Part shown: one piece after another, positions 1 through 11,272 of the stretch
Position numbering within the stretch: the first letter of the stretch is position 1
Layout: each line of letters opens with the position of its first letter
Origin: an uncultured Gemmatimonadales bacterium
GTDB lineage: Bacteria; Gemmatimonadota; Gemmatimonadetes; Longimicrobiales; RSA9
Direction: 5' to 3'
Assembly (NCBI GenBank): GCA_963741945.1
Contig: CAVUKA010000008.1
Coordinates: forward strand, 64,001 to 128,000
DNA: 64,000 nucleotides
The notes under the pieces: model-generated
The model's database searches: none
What the model saw: the letters and a program-made list of their open reading frames with translations, nothing else
What the model was told of the DNA's origin: nothing
Position numbers and translations under genes: made by a program

Positions 1-1
1 C

Positions 2-259
2 ATGGGGCCGAAGGGCGCCGTCGAGATCCTGTTCCGGAAGCAGATCGCCGAGGCCGATGACCCGCAAGCGGAGGCCGCGGCGAAGGAAGCGGAGTACCGT
101 GAGCGGTTCGCCCATCCCTACATCGCGGCGGCGCGTGGGTACGTGGACGACGTGATCGATCCGCGCGAGACCCGGCCTCGCCTGATCAGCGCCCTGGACA
201 TGCTGCGGGACAAGCGCGACGAGAATCCGTGGAAGAAGCACGGGAACATCCCGCTGTGA
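2..259 (+). CDS. pccB: Acyl-CoA (propionyl-CoA) carboxylase carboxyltransferase beta subunit, 3' fragment
   Basis: MGPKGAVEILFR...GYVDDVIDPRETR...KKHGNIPL is the typical PccB C-terminus; truncated by the window start. Confidence 0.92.
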   Translation: MGPKGAVEILFRKQIAEADDPQAEAAAKEAEYRERFAHPYIAAARGYVDDVIDPRETRPRLISALDMLRDKRDENPWKKHGNIPL

Positions 260-1752
260 TCACCCGCGTGCTGGTCGCGAACCGGGGCGAGATCGCGCTC
301 CGGGTCATCCGCGCTTGCCGCGAGCTGGGCGTGGAGAGCGTGGCCGTCTATTCCGACGCGGACCGCCTGGCTCCCCATGTCCTCGCGGCCGACCAGGCCG
401 TCCGGATCGGACCGCCGCCCGCCGCCGAGAGCTATCTCCTGGGGGAGCGGCTCGTCGCAGCGGCGCTCGAGCGAGGGTGCGACGCCGTCCACCCGGGCTA
501 TGGCTTCCTGGCCGAACGCGCCCCGTTCGCCCGGGCGGTGGAGGACGCGGGTCTCGTCTTCATCGGCCCGCCCGCCCACGCCATCGAGGCCATGGGTGAC
601 AAGACGCGGGCGCGCCAGGCCATGCGGGAAGCCGGCGTGCCGGTGGTGCCGGGGACCACGGAAGCGCTGCGCGACGCCGCCCACGCCGCCACTGTGGCCG
701 CCGACATCGGCTTCCCCATCATGCTGAAGGCGGCCGCGGGCGGGGGTGGGAAGGGGATGCGGGTGGTGCGCGAGGCCGGCGAGCTCACTGCGGCATTCGG
801 GGCCGCGTCGCGGGAAGCCAGGTCGTCGTTCGGCGACGACAGCGTCTACATCGAGAAGTTCCTGGAGGGCCCGCGGCACATCGAGATCCAGGTCCTCGCG
901 GACGTCCATGGTCACGTGATCCATCTCGGCGAGCGCGAATGCTCGATCCAGCGGCGCCACCAGAAGATGATCGAGGAGTGCCCGTCGGCTGCCATCACGC
1001 CGGAGCTCCGGGCCGCCATGGGCGAGGCCGCGGTGGCGGCCGCGCGGGCGGTGGACTACCGGAACGCGGGTACGGTGGAGTTCCTGTTCCGGGACGGGGA
1101 GTACTACTTCCTCGAGATGAACACGCGGATCCAGGTGGAGCACCCGGTCACGGAGCTGGTCACCGGCATCGACCTGGTCCAGTGGCAGATCCGGGTGTCG
1201 AATGGTGAGCCGCTCGCGTTCGCGCAGGAAGATGTCCGCTGGACCGGGCATGCCATCGAGTGCCGCATCACCAGCGAGGACCCGGCGAACGGCTTCCTGC
1301 CTTCGAGCGGCCGCGTGGATCGGCTGCACATTCCATCGGGCCCCGGCGTGCGCTGGGATGGCGGGGTGGAGGAGGGCGACCAGGTGTCGCTCTTCTACGA
1401 TCCCATGCTCGCCAAGCTCATCGTCCACGCACCCTCCCGTGACCTCGCCATCGCGCGCATGCTGCGGGCGCTCGGCGAGCTGCGCGTGGTCGGCGTCGAG
1501 ACCAGCGCCCCGTTCCACCGACGGGTGCTGCGGGAAGCGGACTTCGGCGCGGGGCGCATCGACATACGCTACATCGAGCGGCACCCGGATCTCCTGAACG
1601 GCGAGCCGAACGGGCAGTCGCTCCGGGTCTCCGCGCTCGCCGCCGCCCTGCTCGCCGAAGAGGAGCGGGAGCGACGCTCCGTGAGTCGCGTGGATTCCGC
1701 GACCGACGGCGAGCAGCGGCGGTCACGGTGGCGGGACACGGGCTGGCGTTGA
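256..1752 (+). CDS. accC: Biotin carboxylase subunit (no fused biotin-carrier domain)
   Basis: VLVANRGEIA, HPGYGFLAE, KAAAGGGGKGM, ERECSIQRRHQK, EMNTRIQVEHPVTE; GTG start overlaps the pccB TGA (GTGA). Confidence 0.95.
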   Translation: MITRVLVANRGEIALRVIRACRELGVESVAVYSDADRLAPHVLAADQAVRIGPPPAAESYLLGERLVAAALERGCDAVHPGYGFLAERAPFARAVEDAGLVFIGPPAHAIEAMGDKTRARQAMREAGVPVVPGTTEALRDAAHAATVAADIGFPIMLKAAAGGGGKGMRVVREAGELTAAFGAASREARSSFGDDSVYIEKFLEGPRHIEIQVLADVHGHVIHLGERECSIQRRHQKMIEECPSAAITPELRAAMGEAAVAAARAVDYRNAGTVEFLFRDGEYYFLEMNTRIQVEHPVTELVTGIDLVQWQIRVSNGEPLAFAQEDVRWTGHAIECRITSEDPANGFLPSSGRVDRLHIPSGPGVRWDGGVEEGDQVSLFYDPMLAKLIVHAPSRDLAIARMLRALGELRVVGVETSAPFHRRVLREADFGAGRIDIRYIERHPDLLNGEPNGQSLRVSALAAALLAEEERERRSVSRVDSATDGEQRRSRWRDTGWR

Positions 1753-1776
1753 GCGGCGGAAAATGCCTGTGCCACC

Positions 1777-1805
1777 TTGTACTTTGCGGCGGTGGCCCCT
1801 ACTCT
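1777..1805 (+). promoter_or_regulatory. Putative sigma70 promoter for the hypothetical gene at 1834
   Basis: TTGTAC-N17-TACTCT; suggests the TTG at 1777 used by the ORF track is a -35 box rather than a start codon. Confidence 0.5.
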
Positions 1806-1833
1806 GAGAAGCGCTTCCACTTCAGGAACGGCA

Positions 1834-2355
1834 GTGAATCCCACTGAATCGAACGCGCCGCAGCGGCTGCGGATCTTCCTTCGGGACCATCGCGTCCTCG
1901 ACGCCAGTGCCCGTGTTCCCGAGGGCCAGTCGCTGGCCATGTATCTGGCCAGCCGGAGCCGTTATGTGAATCTGACGGCTGTGGACTGGGTGGGGACAGG
2001 CTCGGCCGTGCCGCACATGGCGCTCAAGGTGGACCACGTCCTGTGGGTCTCCTCCGAGGACGGGACTCTCCCGCTCACGGCCGCCATGGCCGGGGCCACG
2101 GCGAGACGCGTTCAGGTGGAGCTGGAGGGTGGATACCTCCTCGCGGCCGGGCTGCTGCTCATCGAGAACCAGCGGCTCACCGATTATCTCCATTCGGCGC
2201 CCCCGTTCATCCCGCTCCGCGACGCGGAGCTGCGGCCGCGCCGCCGGCCGCTGGGCGACATCGCGGTGAACCAGGGGGCGATCCAGCTGGTGCGAGAGAT
2301 CCGGGCGGAAGCAGCCGGCGACGCGCTGCGCGGGTCCGCGCCGGGCGGTCGCTGA
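1834..2355 (+). CDS. Hypothetical protein with two tandem ~70-aa beta-rich domains (DUF6812-like)
   Basis: Internal repeat: RLRIFLRDHRVLDASARVPEGQSLAMYLASRSRYVNLTAV vs RVQVELEGGYLLAAGLLLIENQRLTDYLHSAPPFIPLRDA; GTG start at 1834 chosen. Confidence 0.6.
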   Translation: MNPTESNAPQRLRIFLRDHRVLDASARVPEGQSLAMYLASRSRYVNLTAVDWVGTGSAVPHMALKVDHVLWVSSEDGTLPLTAAMAGATARRVQVELEGGYLLAAGLLLIENQRLTDYLHSAPPFIPLRDAELRPRRRPLGDIAVNQGAIQLVREIRAEAAGDALRGSAPGGR

Positions 2356-2386
2356 ACCCCGCGCTGAACTGCGGGTATCTTCCGGC

Positions 2387-2629
2387 ATGCGCATTCGTGC
2401 ACTGTTCTTCGCGACCTATCGCGACCTGGCCGGCGCCGAAGAGGTCTCCCTCGATCTCCCGGCGGGGGCCACGGCCGCGGACCTGGTTCGTCGGCTGCGC
2501 GGCATGGCCGACCTGGCGCGCCTGCCGGCGGAGCCGGTGGTGGCGGTGAATCAGGAATACGCCAGCCTCTCGGCGCCGCTCTCGGATGGCGACGAAGTCG
2601 CGCTCCTTCCGCCGGTGGCAGGCGGGTGA
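2387..2629 (+). CDS. moaD: Molybdopterin synthase sulfur carrier subunit
   Basis: 80 aa, IRALFFATYRDLAG start, C-terminal DEVALLPPVAGG di-glycine. Confidence 0.95.
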   Translation: MRIRALFFATYRDLAGAEEVSLDLPAGATAADLVRRLRGMADLARLPAEPVVAVNQEYASLSAPLSDGDEVALLPPVAGG

Positions 2630-3072
2630 CCGTCGTCGCCCGGATCACTGCCGCCCCCATCGACCCGGCGGCCGTGCTGGCGGACGTGGGTGACCGCGCC
2701 GACGGCGCCATGCTCCTGTTCCTCGGCACCGTGCGGGACCACAACGATGGGAGGCCGGTGAGCGGGGTCGGCTACAGCGCCTACGAAGACATGGCCCGCA
2801 ACGTGCTCACCGTCATTGCCCACGAAGCGGCCCGACGGCTCGGGACCGACCGGCTGACCGTGCTGCACCGGATCGGGGACTTGGGCATTGGTGACGTGAG
2901 CGTGGCGATCGTCGCGTCCAGTCCCCACCGCGCCGAATCGTTCGACGCCGTCCGCTACGTCATCGAGGAGATCAAGACGCGACTCCCGGTCTGGAAACGC
3001 GAGCACTACCTGGAAGGGGAATCGCGGTGGATCGGGGGCGCCACACCGAACGCGGAGGCCGCAGGTGAGTAA
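2626..3072 (+). CDS. moaE: Molybdopterin synthase catalytic subunit
   Basis: FLGTVRDHNDG, YSAYEDMA, HRIGDL, SSPHRAESF, PVWKREH. Confidence 0.95.
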   Translation: MTVVARITAAPIDPAAVLADVGDRADGAMLLFLGTVRDHNDGRPVSGVGYSAYEDMARNVLTVIAHEAARRLGTDRLTVLHRIGDLGIGDVSVAIVASSPHRAESFDAVRYVIEEIKTRLPVWKREHYLEGESRWIGGATPNAEAAGE

Positions 3073-4060
3073 CCCGCCAATGCGCGACCAGTTCGGCCGC
3101 CGCATCGAGTACCTGCGGATCTCGGTGACGGACAAGTGCAACCTCCGGTGCGTCTACTGCATGCCGTTGCGCGGGCTCCCCTGGCTGAAGCGCTCCGAGC
3201 TGCTGTCCTACGAGGAGATCCGGGACATCATCGCCGTCATGGCCCCCATGGGCCTGCGGCGCGTCCGGATCACGGGCGGCGAGCCACTGGTCCGGCGTGA
3301 CGTCACGCGCCTCGTCGAGATGCTCGCTGCCATCCCGGGCATCGAGGATCTGGCTCTGTCCACCAACGCGGTCCTCCTCGGCGAGATGGCCGACGAGCTC
3401 CGCGACGCCGGACTGAACCGCGTCAATATCTCCCTCGACTCGCTCCGCCCCGACCGCGTCAATGCCATTGCCCGCAGACCCGGCTCGTTCCGGCAGATCA
3501 TGCAGGGGCTGGCCGCGGCCGAGCGCGTGGGGCTGGATCCCATCAAAGTCAACGTGGTGGTCATGCGCGGCCGGAACGACGATGAGATCGCCGACTTCGC
3601 CCGCCTCACGCTCGACCGGCCGTTGCACGTCCGGTTCATCGAAGTCATGCCCGTGGGGGAGAACCTGGAGGTCTCCGCCAGGCAGTACGTGCCCGCCCCG
3701 GAGATTCTGGAGCGCGTCCGGGAGATCGGTGAGATCCAGCCCGGTGTCGGTCCGCTGGGGAACGGCCCGGCCACGTACTTCCGCTTCCCGGGAGGCGCCG
3801 GCTCGGTGGGCGTGATCACGCCCATGAGCCACAACTATTGCGAGACGTGCAACCGCATGCGTCTGAGCGCCGACGGGCGGCTGCGCCCCTGCCTCTTCGG
3901 TGACCTCCACGTGGGCCTCCGCGACCCCCTCCGCGCTGGACAGCCCATCGAGCCGCTCGTTCGCGAGGCGCTCCACATCAAGCCCGAGCGCCACCACCTG
4001 GTCCGGGGCAGCGACCATGGCTCCGGCGGTCTCCTCGCCCTCTCGCAGATCGGCGGCTGA
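3065..4060 (+). CDS. moaA: GTP 3',8-cyclase (radical SAM)
   Basis: YLRISVTDKCNLRCVYCMP, ITGGEPL, CETCNRMRLSADGRLRPCLF, C-terminal SQIGG. Confidence 0.97.
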   Translation: MSNPPMRDQFGRRIEYLRISVTDKCNLRCVYCMPLRGLPWLKRSELLSYEEIRDIIAVMAPMGLRRVRITGGEPLVRRDVTRLVEMLAAIPGIEDLALSTNAVLLGEMADELRDAGLNRVNISLDSLRPDRVNAIARRPGSFRQIMQGLAAAERVGLDPIKVNVVVMRGRNDDEIADFARLTLDRPLHVRFIEVMPVGENLEVSARQYVPAPEILERVREIGEIQPGVGPLGNGPATYFRFPGGAGSVGVITPMSHNYCETCNRMRLSADGRLRPCLFGDLHVGLRDPLRAGQPIEPLVREALHIKPERHHLVRGSDHGSGGLLALSQIGG

Positions 4061-4223
4061 CGCGCCCCTCGACGCTCACGGCAGCTCCGGTCGCCTCCGC
4101 CCCCAACCGGCCCCAACCGCCCCGTCCACCGCACCCCACGCTCCGGCCCCGGTCGACGCGCAGGTCGGACCCCCCGTTCGCCGGCCCCGCATCCCCGCCC
4201 ACCTGTCTACCCGCCGCCGTTCG

Positions 4224-4252
4224 TTGACACCCGGTTACGGCGTTCCTACGTT
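4224..4252 (+). promoter_or_regulatory. Putative sigma70 promoter of the mdh-sdhCAB operon
   Basis: TTGACA-N17-TACGTT, 42 nt before the mdh ATG. Confidence 0.7.
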
Positions 4253-4294
4253 GCCCGCGCTGGTCCCAATTTCCATGTGGAAAAGGCGAGAACC

Positions 4295-5221
4295 ATGGTT
4301 GGCAAGATAACGGTGGTAGGTGCGGGCCACGTCGGCGCAACCGCCGCCCAGGGCATCGCGCGTCGTCACCTCGCCCGCGAAGTGGTGATGGTCGACATCG
4401 CGGAGGGGATCCCCCAGGGCAAGGGGCTGGACATGTACGAGTCCGCCCCCATTGAAGGCTTTGACGCGCGTGTGATTGGCGCGAACGACTACGAGCCGTC
4501 CGCTGGCTCCGAGATCGTCATCATCACGGCGGGCATCGCGCGCAAGCCCGGCATGAGCCGGGACGATCTGCTCAAGACGAATGCCGGCATCGTCCGGGAA
4601 GTCTCGGAGAACGTGAAGCGCACGTCGCCGGACGCGATCATCATCATGGTTTCCAACCCGCTGGACGTGATGGCCTACGTCGCCAAGGAGACCACCGGCT
4701 TCCCGCGCGAGCGGGTGATCGGTATGGCGGGGGTGCTGGACACCGCTCGCTTCCGCACGTTCCTCTCCATGGAGATGGATGTGAGCGTGGAAGACATCCA
4801 GGCGCTGGTGCTCGGCGGCCACGGTGACAGCATGGTGCCCGTCGTCAGCATGACCACCGTCAGTGGGATCCCTGTCACGCACTTCATCAAGCCCGATCGG
4901 CTGGACGCGATCGTTGAGCGCACACGGAAGGGCGGCGGCGAGATCGTGGCGCACCTCAAGAGCGGCAGCGCCTACTACGCTCCCGGCGCGGCGTCCGCCC
5001 AGATGGCCGAGGCCATCGTGCTGGACAAGAAGCGGATCCTCCCGTGCGCTGCGTGGCTCGAAGGCGAGTACGGTGAGTCCGGGATCTTCCTGGGCGTCCC
5101 GTGCAAGCTGGGGCGGAACGGCCTCGAGGAGATCATCGAGGTTCAGCTGACCGACGACGAGAAGGCCGCGCTGTCGAAGAGCGCTGCGGCGGTGCGCGAG
5201 ACGATAGCCGCCCTGGGCTGA
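4295..5221 (+). CDS. mdh: Malate dehydrogenase (LDH-like type)
   Basis: [46 protein letters not shown]. Confidence 0.97.
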   Translation: MVGKITVVGAGHVGATAAQGIARRHLAREVVMVDIAEGIPQGKGLDMYESAPIEGFDARVIGANDYEPSAGSEIVIITAGIARKPGMSRDDLLKTNAGIVREVSENVKRTSPDAIIIMVSNPLDVMAYVAKETTGFPRERVIGMAGVLDTARFRTFLSMEMDVSVEDIQALVLGGHGDSMVPVVSMTTVSGIPVTHFIKPDRLDAIVERTRKGGGEIVAHLKSGSAYYAPGAASAQMAEAIVLDKKRILPCAAWLEGEYGESGIFLGVPCKLGRNGLEEIIEVQLTDDEKAALSKSAAAVRETIAALG

Positions 5222-5229
5222 GGGTAATC

Positions 5230-5927
5230 ATGTCCCAACCGGCGACCGCTGTCCCGATCCGGCAGACGTCCATCGGCAAGAAATTGCTGATGGCGTCTGC
5301 ATCGGTGATCCTCTTCCTCTTCATCGTCCTCCACCTCGCCGGGAACTTGAAGGTCTTCCTCGGTGCGGACGCGTTCAACCATTACGCGGAATGGCTCCGC
5401 ACCATGGGCGGGCCGCTGTTCCCCGCGGGCGCGGCGCTGTGGAGTGTACGGGTCATCCTCATCATCGCGCTCTTCGTGCACGTCTGGGAATACTACCTCC
5501 TCTGGTTGCGCAAGCGGCGGGCGCGCACCACGCGCTACCGGAAGTTCGATCCGCAGGTCTTCAGCTGGATGTCGCGCGCGATGATGTGGGGCGGGATCGC
5601 CATCGCCGCGTTCGTCGTGTTCCACCTGCTGCACCTGACCACCGGCACGATCCGGCCGGATCTCTCCTACCAGTTCCAGCGAGCGAATCCGTACGAGAAC
5701 GCCATCATGGGGTTCCACGTCTGGTGGGTGACGGGATTCTACTGCATCGGCGTCATCGCGCTCGGGATGCACCTGTACCATGGGCTCTGGAGCTTCACGC
5801 AGACGTTCGGGATCAACAATCCGAAATACAACCGCTACCGTCGGCCGACGGCGGCCGCGATCGCTATCGTGATCACGCTGGGATACCTGTCGATCCCGCT
5901 GTCCGTGGCGATGGGGGTGCTTTCCTG

Positions 5928-5928
<1 letters not shown>
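5230..5928 (+). CDS. sdhC: Succinate dehydrogenase cytochrome b subunit (single five-helix anchor)
   Basis: [37 protein letters not shown]; hydrophobic helices with candidate heme-ligand His; precedes sdhA. Confidence 0.92.
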
Positions 5929-7841
<1,913 letters not shown>

Positions 7842-7851
7842 AGGGACGCAC

Positions 7852-8613
7852 ATGAAACTAACCTTGCATATCTGGCGACAGGCGTCCCGGACCGCGAAAG
7901 GGAAGTTCGAGACGTATCATCTGGACCACGTCTCGCACGAGATGTCCTTCCTCGAGATGCTGGACGTCTTGAACGCTCAGTTGATCGAGGAAGCGAAGGA
8001 CCCCGTGGCGTTCGACCACGACTGCCGCGAGGGCATCTGCGGCATGTGTGGCATGATGATCAACGGCATCGCCCATGGTCCCTGGAAGGAGACCACGGTG
8101 TGCCAGCTTCACATGCGCGCGTTCACGGATGGTGATGAGATCGTCCTCGAGCCGTGGCGTGCGGATGCATTCCCGGTCCTCAAGGACCTCATCGTGGACC
8201 GTAGCGCGCTGGACCGGATCATTGCGGCGGGCGGCTACATCTCCGCTCGCACCGGCTCGGCCCCCGATGCCAACGCCATCCTCGTTCCCAAGGAGAACGC
8301 GGACCTCGCCTTCGACGCCGCTACCTGCATCGGCTGCGGCGCGTGCGTGGCCGCGTGCCCGAACGCCTCGGCCATGCTGTTCACCGCGGCCAAGGTCAGC
8401 CACCTCAACCTGCTCCCCCAGGGCCGTCCCGAGCGCGAAGCGCGCACCCGGACCATGGTGGTGCAGATGAATACCGAGAACTTCGGCCATTGCACCAATC
8501 ACGGCGCGTGTCAGGAAGCCTGCCCGAAGGGGATCAGCGTGGATTACATCGCGCGCCTCAATCGGGACCTGATGCGGGCCAGCATTCACCGGCCGGGATC
8601 ACTGGTGGATTGA
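7852..8613 (+). CDS. sdhB: Succinate dehydrogenase iron-sulfur subunit
   Basis: [37 protein letters not shown]. Confidence 0.97.
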   Translation: MKLTLHIWRQASRTAKGKFETYHLDHVSHEMSFLEMLDVLNAQLIEEAKDPVAFDHDCREGICGMCGMMINGIAHGPWKETTVCQLHMRAFTDGDEIVLEPWRADAFPVLKDLIVDRSALDRIIAAGGYISARTGSAPDANAILVPKENADLAFDAATCIGCGACVAACPNASAMLFTAAKVSHLNLLPQGRPEREARTRTMVVQMNTENFGHCTNHGACQEACPKGISVDYIARLNRDLMRASIHRPGSLVD

Positions 8614-8618
8614 CGCAG

Positions 8619-8704
8619 CGGTGCTCTGCGCGCCCCCTGGCGCGCAGAGCACCGGCGGTCACGATCGAAGGGCCGGAACGGGTTTCCGTTCCGGCCCTTC
8701 GATC
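8619..8704. terminator. Two tandem perfect hairpins between convergent sdhB and dcd; probable bidirectional terminator
   Basis: 16-bp stem 8619-8634/8639-8654 and 19-bp stem 8663-8681/8686-8704, each with a 4-nt loop. Confidence 0.7.
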
Positions 8705-8734
8705 ATGGTGCCCGTGAGGAGGCGAAGCGCGCCA

Positions 8735-9292
8735 CTACAGCCTGGGCGGCGTCACGCCTCGCTGCTTCTGGTACTTCCCGCCACGCTGTGCGTACGTGGT
8801 GCTGGGGACGCGGTCGCCCTTGAAGAAGAGGAGCTGAGCGATCCCCTCGTTGGCGTAGATCTTGGCGGGCAGCGGCGTCGTGTTGGAGATCTCCAGTGTG
8901 AGGTGGCCCTCCCATTCGGGCTCCAGCGGGGTCACGTTCACGATGATGCCGCAGCGGGCGTACGTGGATTTCCCGACACAGACCACGAGCACGTCCGAGG
9001 GGATGCGGAAGTACTCCAGCGTGCGGGCCAGCGCAAAGGAGTTCGGCGGGATGATGCAGTGGCCGTGACCCCCCATGTCCACGAAGCTCCGGGGATCGAA
9101 ATTCTTCGGGTCCACCACCACGGAGTAAACATCGGTGAACACCTTGAACTCGTCCGCCACCCGGATGTCGTACCCGTACGAGGATGTGCCATAGCTGATG
9201 GCACCGTCGCGCACCTGGCCGGGCTCGAACGGATCGATCATGCCATGCTGCTCGGCCATCTCACGGATCCAGTGGTCACTGAGAATCGACAT
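8735..9292 (-). CDS. dcd: dCTP deaminase
   Basis: [66 protein letters not shown]. Confidence 0.97.
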   Translation of the reverse strand: MSILSDHWIREMAEQHGMIDPFEPGQVRDGAISYGTSSYGYDIRVADEFKVFTDVYSVVVDPKNFDPRSFVDMGGHGHCIIPPNSFALARTLEYFRIPSDVLVVCVGKSTYARCGIIVNVTPLEPEWEGHLTLEISNTTPLPAKIYANEGIAQLLFFKGDRVPSTTYAQRGGKYQKQRGVTPPRL

Positions 9293-9393
9293 CCTCGGGG
9301 CCTCGCCTGCGCTGGAGTGGTGGTCTGGAACCTGCCCGATCGGGACCGCGCAAAGTAGGGCACGTCCGGGATCTCCGCCAACCCTCCACCGGG

Positions 9394-9422
9394 TTGACCA
9401 TGCATGGCCGTCCCGATACCTT
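9394..9422 (+). promoter_or_regulatory. Putative sigma70 promoter of the nuo operon
   Basis: TTGACC-N17-TACCTT upstream of nuoA; a weaker divergent TGGCGG-N17-TACTTT on the minus strand (~9380-9352) could drive dcd. Confidence 0.6.
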
Positions 9423-9476
9423 CTTGCGGCTGTTGCTGTGACGGTTTTCACAAGGCCCGGAAAGGCGTTTCTTTCG

Positions 9477-9833
9477 ATGCTGCGCTCATACTTGCCGATC
9501 CTGTTCCTCCTGGGTCTGTCCGGGCTCCAGGCGATCGGGATCGTGGTCCTGTCTCGCATGGCCAGCGAGATGCGGCCGACGGCAGCCAAGTCGATGCCCT
9601 ACGAGAGCGGGATCCTCCCGCTGGGGAACACGCGCGAGCGGTTCAGCGTGAAGTTCTACCTGGTGGCGATCCTGTTCATCGTGTTCGACCTGGAAACGAT
9701 CTTCCTGATCCCGTGGGGCGTGTACTTCCGGCAGCTGGGGCTGTTCGGGCTGGTGGAAATGCTCTTGTTCATGGTGGTGCTGCTGGTGGGGCTGGTGTAC
9801 GCGTGGAAGAAGGGGGCGCTTCAATGGGACTAG
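9477..9833 (+). CDS. nuoA: NADH-quinone oxidoreductase subunit A
   Basis: [35 protein letters not shown]. Confidence 0.96.
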   Translation: MLRSYLPILFLLGLSGLQAIGIVVLSRMASEMRPTAAKSMPYESGILPLGNTRERFSVKFYLVAILFIVFDLETIFLIPWGVYFRQLGLFGLVEMLLFMVVLLVGLVYAWKKGALQWD

Positions 9834-10510
9834 AAGGGGCCGGCACGGGAACGCAGTTACCGGTCGTGGGCTCGGGGAAGGACGGGAACCCGAGCTTCCT
9901 GACCACGAAGCTGGATTTCGTGGTGAACTGGGCGCGTCGCAACTCCCTCTGGCCGATGCCGTTCGGGACGGCATGCTGCGCGATCGAGATGATGGCCAGC
10001 TACGCTTCCCGCTTCGACGTGGCGCGTTTCGGCATGGAGCGCATGAGCTTCAGTCCCCGCCAGGCCGACCTCCTGATCTGCGCGGGGCGACTGCCGTACA
10101 AGATGGCGCCCGTGATCCGGCGGATCTGGGACCAGATGCCGCAGCCGAAATGGGCCATCAGCATGGGCGCGTGCGCATCCACGGGAGGCGTGTTCGACGT
10201 CTACTCCATGGTGCAGGGGATCGACACGATCATCCCGGTGGACATCTACGTGCCGGGGTGCCCGCCGCGGCCCGAGGGGCTGATCTACGGCATCCTCATG
10301 CTCCAGGAAAAGATCAAGGGCGAGTCCCTGTCCAGGGAGATCCACTCCGTCACGCGCCACGAGGATCCCGAGCGCGCGGGCAAGCCCAATCTGCCGGCGG
10401 ACGTGATCGAGCAGATCGCCGGTCCGTTCGGCAACTCCACCAAACAGAACAAGCCGAGTGGCCTCGTGAGCACGCGTGCCCTCGCGCGACCCAGAGATCG
10501 GCGGCCCTGA
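9824..10510 (+). CDS. nuoB: NADH-quinone oxidoreductase subunit B
   Basis: [41 protein letters not shown]. Confidence 0.97.
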   Translation: MGLEGAGTGTQLPVVGSGKDGNPSFLTTKLDFVVNWARRNSLWPMPFGTACCAIEMMASYASRFDVARFGMERMSFSPRQADLLICAGRLPYKMAPVIRRIWDQMPQPKWAISMGACASTGGVFDVYSMVQGIDTIIPVDIYVPGCPPRPEGLIYGILMLQEKIKGESLSREIHSVTRHEDPERAGKPNLPADVIEQIAGPFGNSTKQNKPSGLVSTRALARPRDRRP

Positions 10511-10513
10511 ACC

Positions 10514-11272
10514 ATGGCAGACGAATTCGAAAAGGGCCTCGGCGGCCTGGAATCGGGCCCGGGGCAGACGGGCGGTGCTGCGCCCGAGCGCGGGCCCGCC
10601 ACGGACGTCGAGCATCCGGCGGTGAACGCGCTGCGCGGCCATTTCGGTGACGCCATCCTGCGCCACGAGCTCCACGCGGGGGATGAGCACGTGGTCTTTG
10701 TGGCGGCGGAGCGGGTTCTGGAGATCATGCGCTGGCTGCGCGAGGATGCGGACCAGCGCTTCGACTTTCTGGCGGACCTGACGGCCGTGGATTACGGTGG
10801 CGGGCGGCCGCTTCAGGTGGTCTACCAGCTCTGGTCGATCCCCAACAAGCAGGCGCTGCGGCTGAAGGCCGAGCTGCCGCTGGACGCTCTGCGCATCGAC
10901 TCCGTCGTCCCGGTCTGGCAGACCGCGAACTGGCTGGAGCGCGAAGTCTACGACCTGTTCGGCGTGGAGTTCGTGGGGCACCCGGACCTGCGTCGGATCA
11001 TGATGCCCGACAATTACGCCGAGGGTCACCCTCTGCGGAAGGATTTTCCCCTCCGAGGCCGCTTCAGCCGGGCCGAGCAGACGCGCCGCGCACTGGCCTT
11101 CGATCTCGCCGACTATTACGCCCCCTCCGAGATGGAGGCGGCCAGCCGCGGGACACACCAGGAATCGGAGCAGCGAGCAGACCGGACAGCGGCCGACGAG
11201 GCCGGCTTCCCTCCGGACACCGCGGAATCGCGGGATCCGCGCGACGCGGGAGAAGACGAGGAGCAGGGATGA
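10514..11272 (+). CDS. nuoC: NADH-quinone oxidoreductase subunit C
   Basis: DLTAVDY, ANWLEREVYDLFGVEFVGHPDLRRI, GHPLRKDFPL. Confidence 0.96.
   Translation: MADEFEKGLGGLESGPGQTGGAAPERGPATDVEHPAVNALRGHFGDAILRHELHAGDEHVVFVAAERVLEIMRWLREDADQRFDFLADLTAVDYGGGRPLQVVYQLWSIPNKQALRLKAELPLDALRIDSVVPVWQTANWLEREVYDLFGVEFVGHPDLRRIMMPDNYAEGHPLRKDFPLRGRFSRAEQTRRALAFDLADYYAPSEMEAASRGTHQESEQRADRTAADEAGFPPDTAESRDPRDAGEDEEQG

Noticed and set aside
5391..5927. N-terminal extensions in the ORF track for sdhA (also dcd, nuoA, nuoB, xerD, kdsB, pyrG, the Rmd-like gene and the flippase)
   Set aside because: They are open-frame run-ups overlapping neighbouring genes; family-typical starts exist downstream, mostly adjacent to or overlapping the upstream stop
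8621..9358. 245-aa plus-strand ORF
   Set aside because: Antisense to dcd and runs through the terminator hairpins; no motifs
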